A stretch of DNA of 55,845 bases, counting the filler, from Asterionella formosa (lineage: Eukaryota), in NCBI GenBank assembly GCA_002256025.1. It is 5 parts of 5 records of this genome, joined end to end, with 100 filler letters (N's around TTAATTAATTAA, not from the genome) between each part and the next. Parts side by side here need not be neighbours in the genome. Positions count along the whole stretch, not along the records: positions 1 to 11,123 come from NKIB01008824.1; 4 more parts are not named here. One strand, written 5' to 3'. The number at the start of each line of letters is the position of its first letter. The stretch's first letter is position 1. Under the pieces are notes generated by a model. That model made no database searches, was not told the DNA's origin, and saw nothing but the letters and a program-made list of their open reading frames with translations. Shown in pieces: positions 1 to 11,223 of this stretch. The position numbers were made by a program, and so were the translations under genes.

Positions 1-538
1 CTTGAAAGTTCTTGTAGCACGCGTATGCGAGAAACTTCGCTTTCCACATGTGCCATTTAGCATCTTGCCCATCGAATGTCGGCAACCTCACTGACGTGTC
101 TTCGTCACTTCCCATCGTTCCTGAGTAGCCTGTGGCCTTAAAGTGAACGCTTTAAAGCGTGTTGAAAGGTCTCGTACTCCTTCCCGTCTGACGGGTTCCT
201 CTTATGTAGAACTTACCTGCTATACCACTAGTATTGTTATCTTCTTTCTGCTGCTAGCCTTCGTGCTAGTTTTCGCTATTGACCTTACTCTGTCAATTCT
301 CACTGTTTCTTAATTATAAGATTAAACTAAAACTAAGTTTCAATCCCATTCATCACACTTCGAGAACCTGTTCTTCGTGTTCCCTTTTCGTTGATGTAAA
401 CCTTCTTCTGATTGATCTAAGACATCAATCTCGTTAGCAAGCTTCTTGACATGGGAACGCACCATTTGACTCATTGGACTATAGTCGAGTCCACAGTCCT
501 TGTGACTCATTATAGCCATTGATGCTATATTCTTGACA
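1..538. mobile_element. LTR-like repeat, probably a solo LTR; left end uncertain or beyond the scaffold edge
   Basis: About 174-538 aligns by eye with about 26775-27153 (shared GGGAACGCACCATTTGACTCATTGGACT). Both copies stop at the same point, ...TATATTCTTGACA, a CA end typical of LTRs. Confidence 0.6.
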
Positions 539-701
539 CCAGGAGAGACCTATTCGTAGCTACCGGTTGGTGTTATTAGCAGTCCGTAAACGAATTAAAA
601 TCGTACGTTTCTCTTAACCAAAAAGCTAGTTATTAGAGCAATGACGACGAAATCAAGGCAATTCAAGAGACAGGGTGATGTGAATTAATACCTCAACTCC
701 A

Positions 702-2483
702 CTACTTTGTCCGAAACTGCGTAAAGAAGGAATCAATCTTCTTCCTTTTCTTTGGGCGTTGATCAAGAATTGCCAGAACGTTGTGCTCTCAGTCATACTG
801 TTGCTGTAGTTTCCTAGCCAACTCAAGATCTCTGTCAACGGGTTCCTCTGGCCCTGTTCTAGGGGCCATTTTAACTGATTCACCTTGTTTATCACAATCG
901 TATTGTTTCTGGAGTTTGAGAGCCAACTGCTCATCGCCATCAGCGTTGCTGCTTGAGTTGGATAATTCTGGAGAACCAAGGGAACCTGTGATAGGTATCG
1001 ATCTTGCTGTCATGACCGAAGCTTTCCCATCTGGGGAGTGGGTAGTCTTGAAAAAGGAAGAAATGCCGCCCACGAAAGATTGCATCTCGAAGTTCATGGC
1101 ACATAAGCCCACACGGTACAACCAAATATTTTCGCCTTCCTTGCTGACTATCTCGCTCTTCGTACGCTGTACCAATGAATCAATTCTTCGCGACGCGTTA
1201 TTATCTCTTGGAAATACAATGCGAAGGGATCTAGAAGTGCGTGTAATTGTTTCTTGGGAGTAGTTATAGTGAACCGTACATGACTTTGGAACTCGATGGT
1301 TACGGTGAGAATCCGTTTCCACTCGTCTCACAATGTCCGCCGCCAATAATCTCAACCAGGGATCGATACCATCCACCCTTGCTCGTGGAAAAGACTTGAA
1401 GGATGTTATACTCTTTACAAGTGCGTTTTGTGTCGACTTGACAGGTTCGGAATCCATTCCCCTCGCCGCATCAAAAACAAGTTGGGCGGAAGATGGTCCC
1501 AACTCCTGTACCAGCATTGGGAGAGACAGATGTTGCGACACTGATCCCATAGTCTCTTTTTCTCCTCCAGGCAACATGCGACAAACTATCTTTCCGATCT
1601 TTCCTCCAAGGTTACGGCATTTGGATATCATGGTGGCAGCCATGACAGCCGGAATTCGAGATGGCACGATCAAGGCTTGACCGTTGGGTTTGCCGTAGCT
1701 AGCACCGAGCTTGGCGGTCAGCTTACTGGTAGATATCCCTGCCGAAATAGTAAATCCAAGTTGATCGAATACCGCAGCTCTAATTTCGGATGCTACCCAG
1801 GCACCTCGATGGAGAGCTTGTACTACGCGCGGATCATCGTCTTGACTGCAATTGTTATCGTGGGCTACTAAGCAGGTTTGCCTCATGATGTGTCGAATTT
1901 TTTCGCTTTCTTCAACAGTCCTACTATACGAATCTTCCCAACAGTAGTCTGTGACATCAATGAATAGTTCGTCAATCGATGCTCGTTCGAGAATGAATTG
2001 TTGACTTAGGCGCTCCTCTAATGCTTGCAGCACAACCCCAAAAATCCGAGTCGACGCCAATCGGTAACGCTCTAAACAAGCCTTCCCTTCAGAGTTCTGC
2101 CGGCGGCGTCCAACTTCTCTTGTAAGAACACGCTGACGTTCTTCGTGGCTTAATTGGAACACTTGCTCGTACGCTGCTTCGACTGTGTCGTCAGTTGACG
2201 CCGCTCGTCCCTCTGCCTTCAGTTCGGTCAGGAGAGGCAAATGTATCGCCAGGCACTGTCCATTGCTCTTGGCTTGCACTTGATCCCAAGAGTCGCCCCT
2301 TTTGATGTCAAATAGCTCTCTCGCAGGGTAGGTCACGGCAAGAACCGAGTTCCATTGAAGTAGTGCCAAGGAAGTGGTGGCATTTTCCAACCCCAAACGG
2401 ACGCGTTCACATTGAGCGTAAAAACAATCAAGATCTAGGAGTAAAATGACTCGGCAGGGATGATCATAACACGGAGATGGCAT
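702..2483 (-). CDS. POLH: Y-family DNA polymerase eta, with an in-frame TGA at 789-791 before the C-terminal NLS/PIP tail
   Basis: Motifs LDLDCFYAQCE, LAVTYPAR..IKRG, LERYR.AS, ERASIDELFID, SAGIS..K..AKL...KPNGQ, LGGKIG. First ATG at 2483. The same frame continues past the TGA as EHNVLAILDQRPKKRKKIDSFFTQFRTK to TAG at 702-704. Confidence 0.88.
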
Positions 2484-2859
2484 GCTGGCTGATGACAATG
2501 CTCATACCGCAAGCAAACGAATTATTCACTCATTCGGAGTCATCGTTCGTAGCCAGAATTCCATCGTCACCTCTTCATAAAACAATGTTTTTTTAAACTA
2601 GAGTTACCGTAGATGATGTACCAGGTGTCCAGCTATACAGGTTTAGTTATTGAATACCGGTAATACCGATTGTACACGTATCTGTCACTGTACCGCCCAG
2701 GAAGGCCCAGTAATTAATGCACGTTATATTCGCACCTGCTTTTCAATTACGATTCATTCCCAATGATTCGTCCCATGCCTGCCAGATAAGATAGGCCGGC
2801 TTTCAATGAACATAATATTCCTTGAGTACTTTAGGAAAACAATCCTGATACTCGCAAAA

Positions 2860-3230
2860 GTACAAGTGCATACCTTGCTACTACTGGAGCACGCTCCATG
2901 GTGACTTGGTCATCCAAAGGATTGTAGAACATTCTAACTTCACAGAAGCTGAGTATGTCAGCCTCAGTGATGGTGTCAAGGAATACTACATTTGTTACAA
3001 ATTTATTGGATGAGGTCTATTTTATGGAACTGCCTGCAAATATTGCTGAGGATAAAACTGGACTGATTCTCATAAGCAAGAACCAATAAGTTATATGAAG
3101 GACAAAGCATATTGATTTCAGATATCATTTTATACATAAGAAGACTAAGGATGGGTATGTTTGTTGTGGTCTATGCACAGACATGCAAAAATAAAAGTGA
3201 CCTTCTTTCAAATATTGTAATACAGAAGGT
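2860..3230 (+). mobile_element. Degenerate Ty1/Copia RNase H remnant
   Basis: Translates, with stops and frameshifts, to TEAEYVSLSDGVKE and RTKHIDFRYHFI, the Copia RNase H signatures. Confidence 0.8.
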
Positions 3231-3236
3231 ATACAA

Positions 3237-3400
3237 GGGGAATGGCTTAGTGGTTAGTACACCTTTCTGCAGTGGCAGGTTTGATTCCTACATTCTCCAC
3301 CTGTATATTTCATGTAGTCCCTAGGGTTCCAGGGGGTGCGCTGACAAAAAGACAGGTCCTGTTGTACCGTACGGACAGATAAAACCGGTACTAATTGTGT
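3237..3400 (+). mobile_element. tRNA-Ala-derived SINE-like repeat, copy 1 (best-preserved head, 3' truncated)
   Basis: Acceptor stem GGGGAAT...ATTCTCC-A, A-box TGGCTTAGTGG (3243-3253), B-box-like GGTTTGATTCC (3278-3288). The following body is shared with the copies at 3550 and 5770. Confidence 0.7.
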
Positions 3401-3549
3401 CCATTTATTTGGGCCCGAGGAGTGCAATTATTGGATGTACTATAAAATTTAATTGACATTTTTTAACACAGAAGCTAAATGAATCTCATGCATATGACAT
3501 TTAATGCATCTGAAGAAAATAGGAGAGGATCATTATAATATCACTAATA

Positions 3550-3880
3550 GGGAGATTGATTAGAAAGTTAACACGTCTTCATAGTTGGTGGGTTCGATTC
3601 CTGATTCTCCACCTATCTTTCTTTTTCATGGTGTAGTAACTAGCTAGGGTTCTGGGGTTGCGGCTAATGAATGAACAAAGACAGGTTCCTGTTATACCAT
3701 ACAGACGATTCAAACCGATACAGATCCTCGCGCATCAGCGCCCGAAGTCACAACGTTTGTTGGGATGGCTGATCCTGGGTTGGCAAATAACTTCATATGT
3801 ACAAAAAATTCAGGGCTGGCAGCGCGAGGAAGCCCTAAGCGGTCTACACATCTAGCAAATGAGTAATCTTCAAGCGCTTA
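3550..3880 (+). mobile_element. tRNA-Ala-derived SINE-like repeat, copy 2
   Basis: Perfect B-box GGTTCGATTCC (3591-3601), then ATTCTCCACC and a body of about 270 nt alignable with about 5795-6061. Confidence 0.7.
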
Positions 3881-4356
3881 ATTTAAGTGAGGTTCATTTT
3901 TATAATGTCACTAAAATTGACAACGAAAATGGAAGTTGTCAATGGCGCATTTCTTCACGTAGCTAGCTTCTTGTGTTTAAGACATGGAAGGCACCACGAG
4001 CAGGTTGTTTTTTGAACAAGAAGCGGCACCACTGGTGCTGCAAATAAGTCTATGTACCTGCAAGGGCCTCAAAATTCAAGTAAACAAGAATATGAGTGGT
4101 CTAAGAAACTTGGCGCTATTGGTGTTTTTTCGCCACTATATTTCCCTTACAGTCAACATTGAAAACATATTTTAGATACTTTGTACTATGTTGGTTCCAA
4201 AGTGGCCCATTGCCCGTCAAAAGGAATTTTTAATATATTTCATAACATTCAGTTTTTGGATAACTGTACTTAATTCTGCGATTGCCGCATGTTATTCAAA
4301 TTAAAAATAGTGTTGACAGCAATTCCAATATATACATCCCTGCAATCTTCGAGCAT

Positions 4357-5460
4357 CATCTAAGCCGCGAAATAGGCCACTTTTTCGAAATTTTATCTTC
4401 GTAGGAGTGTTAATAATGTTACTTCACAACAATTACTGCCACTCATCCCGTAAATAAGGTTACTTTTAACGGTTTCATGTGAAGTTTTCACAATGAACAT
4501 TGAACTCGAGACTGAATTAGTTGATGTTTCTAATAATTCATTTCAAAGTTCAACAAAGATCCTGCTCTTGTAGCTAATACGACAAGCATCTTCATTTGTG
4601 AAATAGTAAGGATATTTGTGGTGTCTTATTTCATGAATGGAAAATCTACAGTTTATGGTTGTTCAATTTAAGTAAATCATGTGAGCTATCATAGTGAGCG
4701 AACCAGATGAGTTTTTGCCATGGTGTTCTGTTGAAAGCAGAAGTAATAGAAGGTGAAATGATGCTATATTTTTTCAGCAATGGAGGCTTTTAAGGAAAGC
4801 TTAATCTTCATGTTTTGTCATCACATCAGCAAAGAGATCGATAAATCACACGGTTCTGTTATAGTTCTCTACATTTTTTACATTTTAGCCGTCCATATCA
4901 CAGCAGAAGCATTCTTTTGTAAATATCAGTGATTTTGGTGCTGCTTGGCTATTGCCGGTGTATTCCTGTCAATGCGACTGCTCCATAAAACAGTTGAATA
5001 CTAGCAAATGTGTGCGTTGCTTTCTGCTGTGGTTGCTAGTGCTATTAAATGAATTACTAAACAATGTTGTTATGTCAATCTTTGCAGGTTTTCAAGGACA
5101 AGAAGGAATCCAGTGTGATGCTTTCCTGTTGCAATTTCGTACCATGATGCCTGTTCAAGAGTGAATAATTTTCCATTCAGAATGAACGCACGGCTTCTGT
5201 TCATCTTGCATTTTCCTTACAGACTTCTCATAATGCCTGCTGCCTTGTTCTCAAGACTGAAGATTCCTTTCTGAAAGAACAGCTTTGTTTGCTTGCATAT
5301 CGAGATTTTTTTCCATTAATGTGAAATAGTTGAATTGGTCAGCGACATTATTTGATAGTACTTTGAAAATTAGTTGGAAAAACTTAAGGAAATGAGTTGA
5401 ATGACCTTCAGAAAATTACGTAAACAAAATTATTGAATTACGTGAACAAAATAATACATA
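4357..5460. mobile_element. Truncated copy of the CATCTAAGCCGCG-TIR DNA transposon family
   Basis: Starts with CATCTAAGCCGCGAAATA. 4357-4660 is the reverse complement of about 32720-33040, and about 4780-5450 is the reverse complement of about 30400-31115. Confidence 0.8.
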
Positions 5461-5769
5461 ACGTCGTCAGATATGATCAGTAATTTAATTTAACTCTAAT
5501 TCTGTTGCATGTTTTGTACGGGTCCTACACTATCTCAAATCAGATCTCGAAGCTGCTTTTATTGCCTATTTGTTGGTTTTATCCGATGCTCTATAATATT
5601 AGTGTTTCATCGTTTTCTAATCAAAATATTGAAGTTGTTACATTTATATGATTACCTATCGTGACAACGAAAGATCAACAATCCTGATGAAAATATGCTA
5701 ATACCAGGTGGTCTGAATCGTTATCTCGTATTTTGGGTTTGGTTCGCGTGTTGCTTTCAAAGGTGCTGG

Positions 5770-6061
5770 CGTGTATAATTCCTGCATTCTCCACCTGCTT
5801 TTGTTCTTTTTCATGCAGTCCCTAGGGTCCCAGGCGGGGTGAGGCTAATGAATTAAAAAGAAAGGTTCCCATGATCCTGTATGGACGAATAAAACCGGTA
5901 CTGATCCCCGCGCACCGCCAGCGCCTGAAGTCACAACGTTGTTTGGGATGATCCTGGATTGGTAAGTAAGTACTTAAGTACATGGACATCAGGGCTGGCA
6001 GCACAAGAAAGAGCTATGCGGTCTACTCTTTCTGGAAAATAAGGAGTCTTAAAAAGCGCTT
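5770..6061 (+). mobile_element. tRNA-Ala-derived SINE-like repeat, copy 3 (head degraded)
   Basis: ATTCCTGCATTCTCCACC followed by the shared body CTAGGGT...GGCTAATGAAT...AAACCG...GAAGTCACAACGTT...CAGGGCTGGCAGC...GCGGTCTAC. Confidence 0.7.
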
Positions 6062-6565
6062 GCCCTTGATAAAAGTGAATTGAAATCTTAAGCACGTATT
6101 TTACAAGCAAGCGAGGACAGCAGGAAGGTGCTTATTGATTGTTGTTGTCATTTTCAAGTTGTTTACCTTGTTCCCACCACCATGGTCGATCATACTAATT
6201 ATACTGCGCCGCCTATTAACATTATCCTATTGCCGAAAATTTTTTTTTCATGTCCTTCCTTTTGAATTTTGGAGTGATGATGAGGCTTTCAATGACACTG
6301 ATTCTGGACCCAACTCTTTTTCAACTGAAAAATATATACCATGCCACCATGATCCTCTCCTTCCTGCCAGATAGCACCAGCACAAATGACTACTATCAAG
6401 CTGTTTCTCCTCCACATCTGCTGCCACCACAATTCAAAGTCGTTGCAGCACCCACTCCCTGCGAATCAATTGATTTATCAGTTCCTGCTCCTCCAACCAG
6501 GCCGGATTTGAACTTTTGTGACATTTCATTTTGACGACAACAAAAGAGTGTAAGCTACAGTACTA

Positions 6566-8317
6566 CCGTAAACTTCATTGTCCTGCCCCCCCCCCTGAGG
6601 TTGCGCCCCCTAATAAAACACGTCACTTGGTTAAGGAGTTTTTATCAATAGTCGAATTTTTCGTATTTTTCCCCACTGCATCGACCAAATCTTCATGTGA
6701 CGATGAAGTAAAGGGCAGCAATAGCGAGCCATTGAATGGCGACTGCTTCTACCGCTTCTGTAAAATGCGGCAAGAAAACGAGAAGGTAAAGTCGGCTTAT
6801 GTAGTTTTTAAAATATTAGCATCCTCGCCTTCCCTTTAAGGGTCCTTATTCTTACGAAGCTAGTACTACGCCTATCTGATGCTACCCATCAAAAACTACT
6901 ATGACTATGCATTTGTATATTAGTATTCTAGAATTGGACAAACTCTCTTCCGTTTTCCTATTTTGGTTTAAGCTAGGGGAATAGCTAGCTTAATAATTGC
7001 TCGTAATAGTAGCGTTAACATTTTACTAATTTTATCATTTGCCTGCTTTTCAGAATCATATACTACATCAAAATGATCAGTGCTTGTGAATGACAGGTCG
7101 TGCATCGATCGAGTACTCCACTGTGGCATTATGTCCATGAGCGGCAGCAGCAATAGTCAACGCATTGAAGCCGGTCTTGGAGAATGCATTGGCGCACTAC
7201 TTATTTGTGCGTTGCTTCTTCTATTTGAACATTTTGGCTTCCTTGCTGCAACTTTTGTAAGTCCCATGATGCCAGCTTCCATGATCAATGCAGTTATACC
7301 ATCCTTGTCAGCTGCATTCTTGAAATTTGCCCTCTACTTTTGCCAAAGCTTGAACATTTCCAAGAATCCGGAAGAGGCAGATGGAACGAAGGCATTCAGT
7401 TCATCCCAGTCTATTATAATGACACTATTACTTCTTCGAGAAGAGCTTGAATCGCTTTCTTGCCTCTGTCACTTGCAGTTCCAATAAATCTGGCAGCGGG
7501 CGACGATGTGGCAGTAGCTAATATCCCAAGCCGATGCAAACTAACTTTTCGTCACTGTTACATGGTGCCGACTTGACTTCTTCTTTGCCGACTCGGATCA
7601 ACAAATATGACAATCAGCTGCAATCAACAAGATGTAACCATGTTTGCTAACGCCCAAAATATTCCAGTCTTTGGCAACATAGTGTGACAACTTGGGAACA
7701 ACAGTTGGCAAAGTCTCGTTCTTGTCGCAATCCTTGGACAACGTCTTAATCAAGAAGAAGCAACCTAGCGACCATTTCTGTCAAGAGAAGGTCAACTGTC
7801 AAGGACCTGAAGGACTGCGCTACACCCATGGATTGTAGTAAGGCAAGAAATCTTATTTAATGTGATGATTGTATATTATAAAGCTGCTGGCATCAGCCAT
7901 TCAAAGTTAGTTCATTTTTTGTCTACATTACTGACAAGGAGTACGGTATATGTATTGAAATTATGTAATTATGTATGCACTCATTAAACCATAAACATTA
8001 GGTTGCCGGTGCAACCCACAATCTAAACCAATAGAAATGCTCCTTTTATTTGGCTATGGTTGGAGTCTAATCAACCAAATACCTGATATTTGCTTGATAA
8101 GGGGGGTCGTCTTTGACCAAGACTAAAGCATATTTGGTCTTGGTTGATGCAGTGGCTAAAATATTTTTGCTTTTTTTGACCAACACAACAATGCATCATG
8201 ACCACATGTAATGACCTGCTGCTTCAATTGGCTTGGTATTTGGTTGATGCAGTGGCGATGCTCTAATTCAGTCTTGGCAGCAGTGTACATTGGGGGGGAG
8301 GACAATGAAGTTTATGG
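6566..8317. mobile_element. Non-autonomous Tc1/mariner (pogo-like) TIR element
   Basis: TA|CCGTAAACTTCATTGTCCT(G)CCCCCCC ... GGGGGGGAGGACAATGAAGTTTATGG|TA, giving a TIR of about 26 bp and a TA target duplication. Confidence 0.75.
6672..8263. mobile_element. Nested PIF/Harbinger-like element, left terminus clipped
   Basis: Right end TTGGTTGATGCAGTGGCGATGCTC|TAA. Its inverted partner CCACTGCATCGACCAAAT lies at about 6673-6690. Confidence 0.5.
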
Positions 8318-8429
8318 TATGTGCAATTTTTATTGATATCATTTTATGTGACAATCATTCTCATTTGTTCGATGCTTGTTTTACCATCATCAATGCAAAA
8401 TATGTATGTATTTCAAATGTTCTGATTAC

Positions 8430-8704
8430 TGTCATGCTAAAAAACTGCAATTTGCTTTAATGCATGCTGCCGAAAATTCGATGTGGCTCATATTGCCCCT
8501 AATTGAGAATGACTGAACAACTTACTTAAAGCCTAAATATTACTTAGATTTATCCGAAAAGCAAGCAGACGATACAGCTGGAGCGGAAATCCCTATAATT
8601 ATTTGCATATGCACGCACTTAACAAATTACCTATAGACTAAATATTACATTGATGTGACGGATGAAAAGCAATCAGACGATACAGCTGGAGCGGGAATCA
8701 CTAA
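8430..8704 (+). mobile_element. Helitron-like 3' terminal region with a duplicated terminus
   Basis: 8430-8590 aligns with about 21200-21345. AGACGATACAGCTGGAGCGG(A/G)AATC occurs twice, and the second copy ends CTAA|T (CTRR|T). Confidence 0.45.
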
Positions 8705-9160
8705 TATTTTTTACACATTTACGGACCAGCAACTGCGAGGGCTGATGCACACTTTTGCTACTTAAAACCACTGTAAGTAGCGGTAGAAGACGGTTTTTTA
8801 CTAGAGGCAGAATGAAGCTAAACTTCTCCAATACTATACTACTTGCCGCAAACTTGATGATACCGGTAGTACTGGTATTTGTTTGCTTTCCAAGCATCTG
8901 CTTGGAGTCAAGCACCGGCACTCAGTACCGGTTTCAAATTATACACTGTCACTACACGAAGTTCGACGGTCCGTTGTTGGTCATGGCTACAGGTAACCAA
9001 CAAGGCAACTGAAAAGGAGAATGCTAGGGATTCACATGCGTCCATCACAATCACTACATACGGTAAATCATTTTAAGAATTTGATAAAAACAACAAAAGT
9101 ACTTTTTCCCCTTGAGCATTCTCCTCCTTTCAATCTAAACTACTAGGGGTCGACAACAAA

Positions 9161-10072
9161 ATGCTGCGTAATTCGTTCGTAGACGATCGTCATGATCTTA
9201 TTAGAGATCATCACGTAACGGATGAGAACACTTCCGACCTCTTTCATGTAAACTATAAGAACACCTCCGACCACGTTGATCGCCAACTTCTCCATCCTAA
9301 ATTAATTCAACAGGACGAAGCCAAAAAGAGTGCGTTTATCGGCTGGGCTATGCTGCCCCGCCTCTTTGAGATTTGGGACTTCGATGGCAGCGGGTACATT
9401 GACCGTAATGAACTTCTTTTCGGTGTCAACGAATATTGCACCTTAACGAACATCACTTACGACAAAGAAGTAATTTTCGCCACAATGGACCAAGTCGATG
9501 CAAACCACGATCATCAATTAGACTTTCACGAGTTCTCTCTCTTTCTGCACAGATTTGTTAAACTCGTTGATGCTCACTTGGATGATCTAACTTACTTTAT
9601 GTTGGAAATTCTAGATGCAAGGCGATTCGCTAGAAAATTTCCTTGCAAACCGGCAGTAACGAACAATTATTTCTCGCTTGTACAAAAACTTCAAAAAGCG
9701 TTCAGAATTTCAAAAAGTAATGCTGAGGCCAGTTCATTAACAGCTGAAATTTCGACCGATGATAGAAGTCTTGTCCTTGCCGACATCCCGATGTTAGAAG
9801 ACTTTCAACCTGTGCGTTTAACTAATTTCTTGTGTAACTTTTTGAAAATGTTGTGATATATTGCAATTGACCGTCTTATGCATCATCGACTCACTTTATT
9901 TATGCTTCTTATATAGAAAATTCGAGAAAAACGATTAAGAAAACTCAAGATGATCATCAAGATGAAGATGCCTGTGAAAGCGGAAGTATCACCACAATGT
10001 GCGGTTGAATTATTTGCAGAGCCCGAGAGATTTCACGTCATGGATAATGATTCTGTTTTCCCCTTACTCTAG
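9161..10072 (+). CDS. EF-hand calcium-binding protein; exons 9161-9811 and 9917-10072
   Basis: Two EF loops, DFDGSGYIDRNE and DANHDHQLDFHE. A predicted GT..AG intron at 9812-9916 extends the frame to TAG at 10070-10072. Confidence 0.75.
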
Positions 10073-10846
10073 AAAAAGTTTAACCGAACCTTTTGCATTC
10101 TTTCTGTTGTTTGCAACTTTGCCGCTTCATGTTTTCTAAAGCTATTCAAAGATTCACAAATTATCACGGAGACTGCCGAGAAAATGCAACACTTTCAATA
10201 TTCTCCCTGCCTCGAACTTCTACCTTTCATGCATTGCATTTTGGGACTAGAGTACTAGTAGTACAACGAAGCTCATGCATGCCCGTCCTTGGATATTCAT
10301 GGCTTCGTCGTATGTGGGTCGCTCAAGGCAATGTTAAAGAAAGGATGAACAAGTAGGACTTCTGCGCGGACCTTTCTCGTTTGGGATAGTTGTTGATTAG
10401 ATGATGTCGAACGCTTCGTGGAACTTATTTAATAGTTATTCGCAACCCTAGCTGGATCACAAATGCTGTCTTAAAAATGAGACATTATCGGCAATCGATA
10501 TGTGTCGATAAAAAACAACATCAACTGACTGTGCGCACAAGAATTAAGTATTTCGTCACTTTTCAAGAAATTTGGATCCGACCAACGATAAACTGAAAAC
10601 GGTATTTTTGTAGTCTGGAATCTGTTTTTGCGTGTTTTCTTGTAAAATGCTGATCCTGTCTAAGATCGCCGAACAAAACGCTTGCCCGACAGATCCGCAT
10701 ATTTTCTAAAACAAGTGCACAACGCTGGAGTTAAAAGGATTTTACAATCACAACGACAACAGAAAAAAAAGTACTCTGTTTCAAGTCAGGCCAGATAGAT
10801 TATATGTTGCTATACTCATATCCTGTGATCGCTCATTATAGCATTC

Positions 10847-11123
10847 CTAGATGCTATCCAAAATATCATTAAGAGTTTTCGATGGATTCATGGCTGCGTG
10901 AGCCTTGTCAGCGTCAAACAAATAGTATCCGCCGAGGTCAACCGCCTCGCCTTGGCAAGCCTTGAATTCCTCAACTATAGCAGCTCGGCCTTCGCTGAGC
11001 TTTGAAAAGATTGGCTGAAAAGTTGCATCTTGTTGAGCCAAGGCTTCGGCCCAATATAAAGCAATGTAAAAGTTTGTTGCTCGATTGTCAATTTGATTCA
11101 CGACACGCGACGGGGACTTTCTG
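10847..11123 (-). CDS. icd: Monomeric-type NADP-dependent isocitrate dehydrogenase, C-terminal fragment cut by the scaffold end
   Basis: RKSPSRVVNQIDNRATNFYIALYWAEALA...VDLGGYY...AMNPS matches the C-terminus of monomeric IDH. Confidence 0.88.
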
Positions 11124-11223
11124 NNNNNNNNNNNNNNNNNNNNNNNNNNNNNNNNNNNNNNNNNNNNTTAATTAATTAANNNNNNNNNNNNNNNNNNNNN
11201 NNNNNNNNNNNNNNNNNNNNNNN
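11124..11223. other. Artificial scaffold-joining spacer
   Basis: N44-TTAATTAATTAA-N44, with stops in all six frames. Confidence 0.97.

Noticed and set aside
789..791. TGA reassignment or selenocysteine
   Set aside because: TGA is the normal stop of SPC25, the kinase and the metallopeptidase. The position is not a redox site and no SECIS was recognised.
781..1871. Plus-strand ORFs overlapping POLH, and similarly 34005-34472 over RPL9 and 44744-44974 over the kinase
   Set aside because: Antisense shadows of real genes with no independent motifs.
3237..3299. Functional tRNA-Ala gene or tmRNA tRNA-like domain
   Set aside because: Only about 63 nt, no proper anticodon arm, a mutated T-loop, and part of a diverged repeat. 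No tag ORF context.
3829..3845. Pistol ribozyme (AAGCCCTAAGCG)
   Set aside because: The upstream P1 hairpin and AAA linker are missing at the required spacing, the motif is not kept in copy 3, and a local AGGGCT/AGCCCT hairpin explains it.
11168..11179. TTAATTAATTAA as a piggyBac TSD or regulatory motif
   Set aside because: It is embedded in N runs and identical at four places, so it is an assembly linker.
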